Source: Leidyana gryllorum EB-2025a
Lineage: Eukaryota; Protista; Apicomplexa
Reading direction: 5' to 3'
DNA length: 64,000 nt
Assembly (NCBI GenBank): GCA_048772705.1
Contig: JBLWGC010000126.1
Coordinates: 1-64,000, forward strand
Position numbers and translations under genes: made by a program. Positions 19,096 through 30,042 of the stretch are shown here, in pieces. Every line of letters begins with the position of its first letter. Within the stretch, counting starts at the first letter, position 1. Under the pieces are notes generated by a model. It was not told where the DNA came from. It made no database searches and saw only the letters and a list, made by a program, of their open reading frames with translations.

Positions 19096-21108
19096 ATGGA
19101 CGCGCTCAATGAGGAGCAACGAGAGGCTGTTTCGGACACAAAGACACGCTTCATGATGGTGCTGGCTGGGGCGGGTACCGGGAAGACTCGTACTCTTACC
19201 ACGCGTGTCTGGCGGCAAGTCAAGGTGGATGGAAACGATCCAGCTAGAATGATGTTAGTCACCTTCACTCGGAAGGCAGCCGACGAGATGAGAGAACGAA
19301 TGAAGATCATGGATAAGACACCAATTGAAGAACGGACCCTTCTTGATCAATTATGGGCGGGCACTTTCCATAGTATGGCGATGAGAATGCTGCGAATGAA
19401 AGGACGCAAGACCAAACACCTACCCGCTACCTACTCCATTTTGGACTCCACAGATCAGAAGTGTTTGGTCAAAGCCCTTTTGGAGGAATACGAGGAATCT
19501 CGATCGCCCTCCAGCGTATCCAGTCTTTCTACACGCGCTAGCTTTGACCCTTCTCAACTGCTTCCAAAAGCAGAGGCTTGCTTGGAATATATTCGTGAGG
19601 AAAAGAATCACGGGAGATGGCCTGGTGAATACGAAGCGGGAAAGAAGAGCTCCTTCTTCGAAGTTATATACAGACGTTATCACGGCCGATGCCGGGCTCA
19701 ATGGTTGCTGGACTTTGATGATATAATTATGCTTTGTGTTAAGATGCTCAAGGAGGTACCCGAAGTCCGCGCGCACTTTCAGAAACTGTTCACTGACATT
19801 TTGGTAGATGAGTTCCAGGACATCAGCATTGTACAGCAGGAGTGGCTGGAGTTGTTGATCGGGAAGCACACACGTGTGTTTGTGGTTGGGGACGATGATC
19901 AGTGCATCTACGGGTGGCGGCAAGCGAACGTTCACACAATGATGCGATGGAAAAACAAGTTTAACTGCAGGCTGATCAAGTTGGAGCGCAATTACCGGTC
20001 GACGGGGAATATATTAAATGCAGCTAACGGTTTAATCAGCAAGAATCAGCAGAGACTGGGCAAAACTCTTTTCACAACAGCGGGGGCTGGACCGGCGGTG
20101 GGGATCTGCTCAGCCAATAGCAAAAGAGATGAAGGTCAACAAGTCGCTCGGAAAATCAAAATATGGAAGGATGCAAAGCGAGCTTTGCGAGATGTGGCAA
20201 TTCTCTACCGAACAGCTGCCCAATCGGACGAGGTCACAGCAGCTCTGGCTCAGCACCAATTGCCTTACCACGTGGTGGGACAGATGGATTTATGGCTTCG
20301 CAAGTCTGTGCGAGACGTACTGGCCTACTTGAAGGTCGCGATCAATGATCGAGACGAGCTTTCATTGGAGCGTATCTTGAACAAGCCACCACGAGGTATT
20401 GGTTCCACGAGTGTGACTTTGCTCAAAGAAGTCTGTGAAGAGAGAAAGCTCACATTAATGGAAGCTCTCAAGTATGTGAGTAACTCACACGGTATTCCGG
20501 GTTTGCCGAGTGTGGGGCTGGCTGGAGTCCAGAGCTTCTTGGCGGTAATGGCAGAGATATCAGACTTATGCCACGACTCTTCCGTTCCGGTGGAGTCCGT
20601 GGTGGAATCGACCATGCGGATAAGCGGTCTCCTGGACCTCTATGAGGAGGAGAAAATGAAAGGGTTGCTGGGGGGTATGGAGTCGTACGAAAGGCTACTG
20701 GAGTATTCTCGGCTTCCTTTGGGTGAAGTGGATCCCTCTCTGCCTGAAGATGGCCGGTCGCCGATACAGAAGTTCTTGAATAGTATCGGAGTGTCATCGC
20801 CAGATGAGAGCGCCAAGACTGACGCGGTCCAACTGATGACTATTCACAAAGCGAAAGGCCTTGAGTTCCGGGCAGTCTTCGTAATTGGTGTGGAGGATGG
20901 AATGTTTCCGCATAAGCGATCTGATGATTACGAAGAAGAGAGGCGTTTGCTGTATGTTGCCATAACTCGGGCCAAACAACATTTGAATCTCTTTTGGTCA
21001 GCCATAGACGTTTGGTTACGTAGCACCTCTCCTTCTCCTTTTCTGAGTGACATTTCCTGCTCAGTGTCAGCAACACCTCCTCCAGCCAAGAAGCCTCGCT
21101 TGCACTGA
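19096..21108 (+). CDS. uvrD: Intact ATP-dependent DNA helicase, UvrD/PcrA family (copy G)
   Basis: All SF1A motifs canonical: LNEEQREAV, AGAGTGKT, VTFTRKAADEM, GTFHS, VDEFQD, VGDDDQCIYGWR, LERNYRST, AILYRT, NKPPRGIG, LMTIHKAKGLEF, EERRLLYVAITRA. C-terminal PAKKPRLH is NLS-like. Confidence 0.95.
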   Translation: MDALNEEQREAVSDTKTRFMMVLAGAGTGKTRTLTTRVWRQVKVDGNDPARMMLVTFTRKAADEMRERMKIMDKTPIEERTLLDQLWAGTFHSMAMRMLRMKGRKTKHLPATYSILDSTDQKCLVKALLEEYEESRSPSSVSSLSTRASFDPSQLLPKAEACLEYIREEKNHGRWPGEYEAGKKSSFFEVIYRRYHGRCRAQWLLDFDDIIMLCVKMLKEVPEVRAHFQKLFTDILVDEFQDISIVQQEWLELLIGKHTRVFVVGDDDQCIYGWRQANVHTMMRWKNKFNCRLIKLERNYRSTGNILNAANGLISKNQQRLGKTLFTTAGAGPAVGICSANSKRDEGQQVARKIKIWKDAKRALRDVAILYRTAAQSDEVTAALAQHQLPYHVVGQMDLWLRKSVRDVLAYLKVAINDRDELSLERILNKPPRGIGSTSVTLLKEVCEERKLTLMEALKYVSNSHGIPGLPSVGLAGVQSFLAVMAEISDLCHDSSVPVESVVESTMRISGLLDLYEEEKMKGLLGGMESYERLLEYSRLPLGEVDPSLPEDGRSPIQKFLNSIGVSSPDESAKTDAVQLMTIHKAKGLEFRAVFVIGVEDGMFPHKRSDDYEEERRLLYVAITRAKQHLNLFWSAIDVWLRSTSPSPFLSDISCSVSATPPPAKKPRLH

Positions 21109-21137
21109 TTCATGCTTTTTTTGTAACTGTCCTCCCA

Positions 21138-22355
21138 ATGTCTGAGGATTGGTGTCTGATAGAAAGTGACCCCGGCGTCTTCTATGATATTACCAGACGC
21201 TTAGGAGCCAAAGGCGTCCAATATGAAGAAGTTCTATCTTTAGATGAGGATACCATAAGGTGAGCTGCAATTATTCTGCTCCCCACTAATGACTCTCGTC
21301 GCAGATCCTCGCAGGACTATTTTGGAGAGCTGTATGGCTTAATATTCTGTTTCCGGTGGCATAAGGAGCTTGGGGCGTCTCTCGATCAACCGATGGAGAT
21401 GGCCCCCCCTCACTTATTCTTTGCCCGACAAATGATACAGAATAGCTGCGCCACACAGGCGATGCTCAGCATTCTCCTCAATCTTGAAGACAAGATTACC
21501 CTCGGCAACGAGCTCTCTGGTTTCAAAGACTTTGCCAAAGATCTCCCCTCTGATATGTAATACACTCTCTCTTCATACCTTTTCAACTCTACCCACAGGG
21601 CCGGAACTGTTCTCTCTATGCACGACACTATCAAGGCCGCTCACAACAGCTATCGTATGACCCACATGATCACCACTGGATCCGATAAAGGGGACCCCAA
21701 AGAAGACCCCTTCCACTACGTCGCCTATGTACGCTGCAACAACAGAGTTTATCAGCTCGACGGTCTACAATCCGGCCCCATTGATCTGGGAGCGGTCCCA
21801 GAAAATGCACCCTGGTGGACCCTCGCGACCACCTCCATACACCGCATCGTCGAAAAGTAGGAGACATCCCTATCTATCAACACTCGAAATCTCTGCCTCC
21901 ATAGACTCCAAACTCTGCCCAGCAATCACAATAATCGCCACGGAGGAGCCGGAGGTGATATCAGATTCAATCTTATTGTGGTCGTTCCCGACCGCTTAGA
22001 GCGAGCACAAAAGCAGCTCGAGGAATCGGTCAACGACGAACTGCTTGTAAGCAACCAATTGTCTGTATCTTTAAGATAGTCTGCGCCTTGGCAGAAGAGC
22101 GAGTTAAATCAGGTCATCAAACGTGAAGAGGAAAAAAGAGAGGTACGCTGCTCTCCTTCGAACCATGAATCATTCAACACCAGCTTTGGGCCGAAGAGAA
22201 TGAGTGGCGACGCCATGACCTCCTTCCCTTCCTCCTCGCCAGCCTCAGGTAATCGATCGTCCTTCGCAACCACTCCTACAAGTGAAATCCCAATTAGGCA
22301 TCTGGCTAAGAAGGGGCTCTTAACCCCTGCATATGAATCCTCTCGACTAAGCTAG
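21138..22355 (+). CDS. UCHL5: Ubiquitin C-terminal hydrolase UCH37/UCHL5 (multi-exon)
   Basis: WCLIESDPGVF, GLIFCFRW, FFARQMIQNSCATQAMLS (catalytic Cys), FHYVAY, QLDGL, IRFNL, and a C-terminal ENEWRRHDLLPF ULD-type segment. Confidence 0.92.
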
Positions 22356-22356
22356 C

Positions 22357-25300
22357 TCAACGTAGACCGAACCCATGACGATACTCCAATGCTTTCATCA
22401 AACACGACTGTAACTTCTCCTTTGAATCATACTCAGGTAACATCAGATGATTGTAACAGGTGTGGGCCGAAGGTAAGCTGACACAAATTCCTCAAACACA
22501 CAAACAACCAATTCTCACCGATTCTTGTCTCCTCCTGCGCGCCCTATCACCAACTTCATACTCGCCAATCCTTTTACCGGAGTTCGGTCAGACCCAGTGA
22601 TGAAAAACAATAACCTCTTCTTGTCTTCTTGGCTCATTGCATGAACAACTTCCCAGAACATCCTGATCACGGGACTCTCTGAAGTGTACCCGTCTTGGTA
22701 CTCAACACACTTCTCCAACTCCTCAAAGTTCAAGTCCTCCGGACACCCACAGATCACCAAATTCAAATCCGCTGGGTCAAACAGTCGCAAGACTTGGCTG
22801 CCCACACATCGATGGAATCCTTTATAGAATGCCTGAAAACACAACCCACATCTCATCAAACACCCACACACACACACACAACTCACATCAAATTGCGGCT
22901 TGATCGAATCCACCAGATAATATCGGAGCAAAGCTCGGACGTACTCTTCCCTGACAAACAGAAAGAAACACATCGTGAAACATTGTCAGATTCGCACCTG
23001 TTGTCTGCTGTGACGTCCTCTGGCTCGGATTTCTCTATATCAGCGCCGTTCTCACGGGGCAGCGGAACGGAGTTTACAACCCCAAATTGCTCCACGTCCA
23101 CACTGAAGGTCAAACACATACTTGCCACCGTATCTGGTGGTGCCATCAGAAGTTGCCGCAGTGATTTGACCAATTGCGGCTCAAAGTCCTCCAGATCCTC
23201 CAGACATGGCGTATAGACGGGGAGGCTGCGAGCCATAACAGCCACAATGTCCTGATCGGCGCTCTCGCCTCCGCTACCCGCCCCTATGTCCGATACGGAT
23301 CCAAAGATGGAGGCTGGACTCGCAGCCTGTCCTTCATCACCCTGCCCCGGTCCAGAGAGAACATCCTGGGCGATGCCCACATGGCGCATCACCATTCCAA
23401 GCAACTCTCCAATACCGCCCATTTGGATACCGCCGCCAACCTCGCCAGCTCTCCGAGAACCACTTCCCACGCCACTACCACTGCCCTCGGGGGGGGGCAT
23501 AACCATCTCCGCATTGCGATTGCTGTTCCCTGCTTCGGGGACAGTAACAGTAGAGGCCGAATGCGGTGTTGGCGTTGCACCGCTGCCATTATCAGGAACC
23601 GCGGAATTTTGACCGACATGGTGCGGACTCCTTGAGGTCGTCGTCGTGGCCTGAGTCGCTGGTGGTATCATCGCTGGCGAACCAGACAGCAGCTTTCGGT
23701 AAACTACTGGAGGGAAATGGATGTCCAAGATGATGTTGTTGTACAACGCCAAACCAAGGACAACGCCAATCAACTCGAATTGTACAAAGGCCTCAAACGA
23801 ATCCTTCCGGAACCAAAAGTACCGAGTCTCTGGGTAGTATGCGAACATCCCATAGTCAGGGTTGAACAACTGTTCCACCAACAGCTGGAAGAATTCCTTC
23901 GCCACACCGCCCTCGTCCACACCATCCTCTCCTGCAAACACCACTTTCAACGGCCTCTTCAGACGACAAGAGTTCATTCTGCGACTCCCATATCGGGTCA
24001 GCTGGGAGCACCAATTACCACAAAACTCAGTCAAACTCACCTGATTCAAAGCGTCTTCCACCAGATTACGACGGCGGACTTCAAGAATGAGATAAGGAGA
24101 CGACACAAGAGCCACTGGACTGCAGTTTGACAACAAAAGCATATCTCTCGCTGACTTGACAATTGCGTACCCGATATTGATCGCTCCACGACGACTCTCT
24201 GCTCGTTGCTGTTGCGTGGAGTCCCACTTCAGCAATTGAGCCTTACTAGCCGCGTCCAATACGAAGGGATGATCCAGTAGACCATATGTTGTAGACACTT
24301 TACGGTTGAAGTCATGGAAGTCGGTCAGCAGCATGATAGGCCTCTGATTGATTCCATCACAGTGAAATTCCTCAAGAGGCAGAGAGTTCCTCTTGAGAGG
24401 TTTCAACGAGTCAGACGCCAGGTCCCGGAATGGCAGTTTCCGGGCATAGAACTGCACTGTCATCTCCTGATCCAATTGCATCTGTTCGCGCTCCTTATTG
24501 GCTTTGTATATGATCTGTTAGGACCGTTTGTGATGGCCTCTATCGGCAGTGAGCTCACGTCAAGATATGTTATCCCATGTCGTACAGTTGGCCCCACCAC
24601 ATCGGGCAGATACATTTGGGGGATATCATCATCCATAATTGAGACTGAAGCAGGCAGGAAAACCCGAAATGAGTATTGACGAGAGGTAATGACGTACTTG
24701 TGAAGAGGAGACGTATCAGATCCACCTGGCTCTCCACAACAGACAGCGGACAATTGACATACCACCGCTTCAATATGTTTTTAGCCGGCTCCGGAAGATT
24801 GTGTACACATCGACAGACCTCCACCAACTCAGAAAAACTCAACAAGTTAGCGTAGAACGGACATCCTACCGGGCTGTCAATAGCAAGCGAGTGCATCCGA
24901 GAACTTACGAGCGAACAACGGTATGAATCTGAGAAGTAAGGGAATTTCATACCCAGAACAATATAGTTGGAATGTGCTGCAAGTGCGGGCGATTCTGGCA
25001 AGCACCATTCTCTGATATTTGACGACGGGGGCTGATGATCACAATTATTACATACACAAGTATACTGGCCCCACCACCACTCACTCTTGCTTTTCTGAAT
25101 CTGACCAGATGGGGAAACACCGGCGTCCATTTGAGCATCGATATGATTATCCAAGCTGCTGAATGCATCGTAGACCTTTTCCAGCAATCCATCATCAATG
25201 GCAGGACAATCTTCGTTCACTGACATACCCTCCTTTCGGGCTAGATATCCTAAGGCCACCGGGTTTCCCCAAATGTCTTCAACAATTCGGTCAATGGTAT

Positions 25301-25695
25301 CTGGCCACACCGAGAAGTGTTCCCAGCCTCGTTCTTTATCCTCCATCATCCGAGCCAAATCATCTCGCCCGCGTCGCCATCGCTTGTGCAAGTTCACAGC
25401 ATTCTGTACATTCGCAACCGTGTCAGACATGTCTCTTGTTGGTTGAGCCACTCTCGATAATGCTTTTGTCAATGACGGGACAACTGAACTGGGATTCTCG
25501 ATAGCCGTTTCGAAGTCGAAATCTCCACACAAGATGTTTCTCGCTTCCACGAAGGCTGCACACACTTGGACAACGACCGGAAGACAACATACCTGTGTCG
25601 GCTATGCGGGGTACTTTGTTCACTCCATCCTGAGAACTAGCCAACACCATGTTCTCCCATAGGAACTTCAGCCGCTCCAGCGTGTTCTGTGCCAT
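22357..25695 (-). CDS. HECT-domain E3 ubiquitin ligase (multi-exon)
   Basis: [60 protein letters not shown] (catalytic Cys), GFGLR-stop. Confidence 0.92.
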
Positions 25696-25739
25696 TCTGA
25701 CATCCCAGCTGGCGGATTTGATTGGGAAATTAATTTTCT

Positions 25740-26446
25740 TCAGACCAGTATGGGTTCCTCCTCCTCTTCAGCTGGTAGCTCGCTGCTCTGACTCAACAGA
25801 CGGTTTTTATCACCCTCTATCTGCTGTGGTTCGCCTGTGAATGGTACAAATCCTGCAATGTTGGGCCACCCGCCGACACTAAAGAAAGCTTCCCTGGTCA
25901 GCTTGATCCAATTGCGTATCAGGAGAATCTAGCATCCCGAATATGTGGGCCCCCCAGAAGTACTCACCAGCACCACGTCATCTATCAGGTACAATATGAC
26001 TGATATTTTCCCAATGCCCGTGATGTTGTGCCATTGCCATCTATTTGCTATCAGTCTGTGTGACCCACTTGAATCGGAAATCCCAGAATCTGTGACTCAC
26101 ATCCACAAGCCTTTCCCTGTTGCACTAGCGATCCCTATTGCCGCCACCCAGCATCCTTCATGCACTCCGAGCTCCTGTACACAATTCAAAGATACAAATC
26201 CCGTCCCATGAGTAACACACACCGGTTCGATAAGCAACGAAACAAAACCAATCAGGCAGACAGCCAGTAGCAGAGTGCCGTGCACATCATCCAGCCACAA
26301 ATGACCAGCGGCCAGGACGAATACTAGCGATATCAGTCCAGTAACGGCTGCTACTTTTGGGAAATCTTGCTCGCTGAGAAACACCTAATCTGAAGCATAC
26401 GAAACACTCACATCATAACTTCAACGCTAGCTCGTTCCTCGATCAT
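25740..26446 (-). CDS. Multi-pass membrane protein, unknown (multi-exon)
   Basis: Hydrophobic segments in ORF 26097..26384 continue through introns to ...EEEEPILV-stop. Confidence 0.5.
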
Positions 26447-26487
26447 GTCTCCTGCTAGCAAACACGTTTGCACTCTCCAAAAAGTCG

Positions 26488-26883
26488 ATGAACGCAGTCA
26501 TACAAAACCTTCTGGCGTTTGCGGCTGGCCGCTTCACGAACGGCAATGAGCGAAGCACCGATCGCTGGAGTATGGAGCCTCTGCGTGGTCAAGATAACCC
26601 CGACTTCGCTCGCTATTCCGCTCAAAATCCAAGTGGAAGCTCCTCAAGTTGGAGTCGAAGGCTGATGGAGTACTTCCCTGCAGTGAACTTATGCCTGGTT
26701 GTCATTCTACTGGTGGTCGTCATCATAGTCATCAAATGGGCGATTCCCATTCTGTTTTGGGGTGTAGTTGCTGTTTCATTCTTGATGTTGATACTTATGG
26801 TGTATCACACCGCGAATCGCATGAAAAGGTCACGAGAACATGAATTAAATCCGCAACGAGACGATGAAATCTATTACGCCTGA
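26488..26883 (+). CDS. Small two-TM membrane protein
   Basis: 131-aa ORF with two adjacent hydrophobic helices. Confidence 0.6.
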   Translation: MNAVIQNLLAFAAGRFTNGNERSTDRWSMEPLRGQDNPDFARYSAQNPSGSSSSWSRRLMEYFPAVNLCLVVILLVVVIIVIKWAIPILFWGVVAVSFLMLILMVYHTANRMKRSREHELNPQRDDEIYYA

Positions 26884-28144
26884 AGCTCATCCGACTCCGG
26901 TGTGCTGTCGTCACAAACCATGTCCACGAGTCTTGGGTTGCCGAAGGCTAAATACATGCTTCCTACTGACAGAGGCCCGATGCGGCGCGGACGGGGTGCA
27001 CAGAAGGCAATATCTCGAGCCCGAACCAATCGGCGAGCTTCTTCCCAATTCGGTGGGTGTTCAAAGCTCTCATCAAGGTTCACCACACTGCCCCCCGACC
27101 ACATGTCCAAAAGTTGGTACTGTGGCGACCCATCGTACAATAAGGCCAGCAGAGAGCCGTCGGGGCTTAAAGAGACTTCGCGGGCCCTTGCAAGATACCG
27201 TGGGTCTTTTGGGGTATGATAAGTCATAGCCAACCTAGCTCAACCTTTATTGCGTCCAAGAAAGTTACTTACTGTACGACTCCTTCCAAGCGATCCAGTC
27301 TGACTCGTGCTACATGATTGTCTTGATATCTGACAATAAAGTGATCTTTAACTGAAGGTACAGCCATCAAATCAGTCAAGCATCCCTCCCTTGCTGGCCA
27401 TCGGCCTCGGAAGATGGCTTTGCTAGGGTAACTGATAGATATCACGATGAACGTTTTGGAGTCCGTGTCGACCAGTAACGCCTCGTCGATGGTGTTTGAC
27501 AACCAGCACCCGTGATTAGGCCTGAAACGCTTGAAGAAGATGTCATTTCGCTGGCGAGTGGAGCGAAGCTTCCGCCCTCGTATGTCCACATAGAGAGCGT
27601 CTGGCCCTCCCAGATAGGAAATGGGAGTTCTAACAGGCGAAGTCATTCGAAAAGACTCCCACGAAGCTGGCGCCCCGATCTGGATATCGTGCTCCGGAAC
27701 AATAACTACGCGAGAGTGATCCTTGTCAGATAGAAGTATCCATTCATCAGTTGAAACCGGTGCCAGATCGTATTTACGTAGAGGCACATCCAAAGACGAC
27801 CACCGTGGGTCAGCGGGTGTTAGGTCATCGGGGACAGCAAATGAACGTCGGCCGTCCATTGTCACGGTGTCATAGAAGTTACGGACATAGGATCGCTTCT
27901 CCTTTCCGCTTCGGAGCTTAAGAGCCGCACTCACAAAGGATACTCTGCTCCCCCATCGTCTTACACCTTGGTGAGCAGCAGCTCGTCGCCGGCGATGCCA
28001 TTGTACCCAGTCCGGAGGGCTGGCTCGCACCGGCTTGAAAACCCTTCTCGGACGAGCGCTGGGTTGACCTGCTCTTTTGCCGGGAGCGTAATACCGCTGG
28101 GTTGTCTCATCCCATTCCAGGCCAGGGAGGGCCGGACGACTCAT
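26874..28144 (-). CDS. Divergent beta-propeller-like protein, possibly DCAF4/WDR21-like
   Basis: Two exons joined by a gtaagt intron (~27240-27270). N-terminal PALPGLEWDETTQRYY resembles the DCAF4 LPGFYFDPEK..YF motif; the body is beta-rich. Confidence 0.4.
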
Positions 28145-28197
28145 GACTTGTTTTTTCTGTGTCTACGTTGTGAAGAATGTTGGCATTGGTTGGGGCA

Positions 28198-28568
28198 TCA
28201 GAAAGTGCCCGGCTTCGGTAGCCGGAGAATGAAACTAAAGACGGAGAACCCGATTTTGACAGCCAGACCAACGAGGGCCAAAAACACGAACGCCACTGTA
28301 TGAAGAGCGATACTCCTGTGGAAATCTTTAAGTTAGAATGTAGAGTAGTTGTGTAAGTGGGCGACCTACCTCGCTTGTTGTAGCGTGAGCACGCTTCCCA
28401 GAATCGCTGACATCCTGAGATGAAATGTGTTGTGCGGAGTATGAGTTGATTATAGTGAGTCTGGACGAGTTTCAAGCATCTGCTTTCTCCCGCTTGGTGG
28501 GCCGCCACTTCTGCTGCCTGTGCGTCGAGCAGTTGGTCTTCACTGCTACGGCGCTTTGGTTTGGCCAT
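28198..28568 (-). CDS. Small protein with C-terminal hydrophobic anchor (2 exons)
   Basis: MAKPKRRSSED... then an intron (~28317-28369), then SIALHTVAFVFLALVGLAVKIGFSVFSFIL...-stop. Confidence 0.45.
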
Positions 28569-28590
28569 TGTCCGCCAAAAAAAACACTTC

Positions 28591-30012
28591 CTAGAAACTA
28601 TAGAAGTCAAACTGACCGTCCTTCTGCTTCACATGAGCATCCCAGCCCTTTTCAAAGTCTTTGGCCAGGATGACGTACCTGTAATGGGAGACACACACTA
28701 ATGCACACACGTCAAATGATCACTTACCGGTTCTTCCGCACAGCTTGCATGCCAGCTTCTTGGCAAATGGCTGCAATGTCTGCTGCCGATATCCTCCCAG
28801 GCCTGGACACAAAGTCTTCCAAGTCCACTTCAGGGGCAAGGTTCATTTTGCTGGTACAGGATTGGAAGATCAGACGACGTTGTCGTCTGTCGGGCAGGGG
28901 GAACTCTATTTTTCTGTCGAGCCGGCCTGTAGGGGTGCGTTGCAGATGTTGATCAAGATCGCGAGGGTTACCTGGACGAAGTAAGGCGGGGTCCAATGTG
29001 TCCACACGATTGGTGGCCATGATGACTTTCACGGAAGTGGCTTTCTCGAACCCGTCCATCTGGTTGAGCAGCTCGAGCAAGATTCTTTGAACTTCTCGAT
29101 CTGCGCCGGTTTGAGCATCGAATCGCCTGTGATTTTGAATTGTTTATGGTGGCAATCGAAGGATACTCACTTGGTAGCTATTGCATCAACTTCGTCGATG
29201 AAGACGATGGCTGGGGCATTCTCCTTAGCCATTCGGAAGACATCGCGAACCATTCGAGGACCTTCACCCAGATATTTCTGTACGAATTCGGACCCGACAA
29301 CTCTAATGAAGCTAGCAGTAGTGTGATGAGCGACAGCTTTAGCCAGCATAGTCTTTCCGGTACCGGGTGGGCCGTACAGAAGGACTCCAGTGGGGGCGTC
29401 GATACCGATCTGTTCATATAGTTCCGGGCAAGTGAGAGGGAGTTCTACAGCTTCTCGCATTTCTTGCTTCTGCACATCGAGACCGCCCACATCCTGAAGG
29501 GGTGTAGATAGAGGCGACGATGGGAGGCGGACTCACTGCGTAAGATACGTCTGGCTTCTCCGTCATTTGAAGCAGATGGATTGAGGAGTCTGACTCGAGT
29601 GGCAACACGTCCACAATACTATGGGAGTGTCGATGAAGGGCAACTGAAGCCGATGGCGTGAGCCTTTCTCTGCAGCAGATGGGTGTGTTGGTGTTGGTGG
29701 TTGCGTGTTGGCAGCTTACTTATCTATAGTGGAGAGTAGTCTGACAAAGTAACTTGAGCCTCCTGCGGAGCTGACGATAGCATGGCTGGAGTCGATGAGT
29801 TCCAGGAACTGTCCGATGACGAGAGGAACAGATTGTATTCTCTTGATTTCCTTTGCAGCCCGGATGAGTTCCACTCTCAAGTTCTTCTGCTCATCTCTGA
29901 TGAAATCGTCCTGAAGCTTCAAGAATTCCTCTTCTTTGTGTAGTTTCTTGTTCCGTAAATGGACATCTTCTTCTTCCTTTGACTGTAGTACTATGGTCGC
30001 GGCAGTGGACAT
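28591..30012 (-). CDS. RPT3: 26S proteasome AAA-ATPase subunit RPT3 (PSMC4), multi-exon
   Basis: [86 protein letters not shown]. Confidence 0.96.
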
Positions 30013-30042
30013 GAGGAGAAAAGTGTGTTTAAATTTTGTGGG

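Noticed and set aside
5297-21108. Prokaryotic operon or anti-phage system (for example a Gabija-like UvrD), or bacterial contamination
   Set aside because: Contiguous with spliced eukaryotic genes (29 nt from UCH37), NLS-like tails present, no partner nuclease or evident Shine-Dalgarno pattern
5297-21108. Helitron or other helicase-encoding transposon
   Set aside because: Motifs are UvrD/SF1A rather than Pif1/SF1B; no HUH Rep domain, terminal repeats or target-site duplications seen
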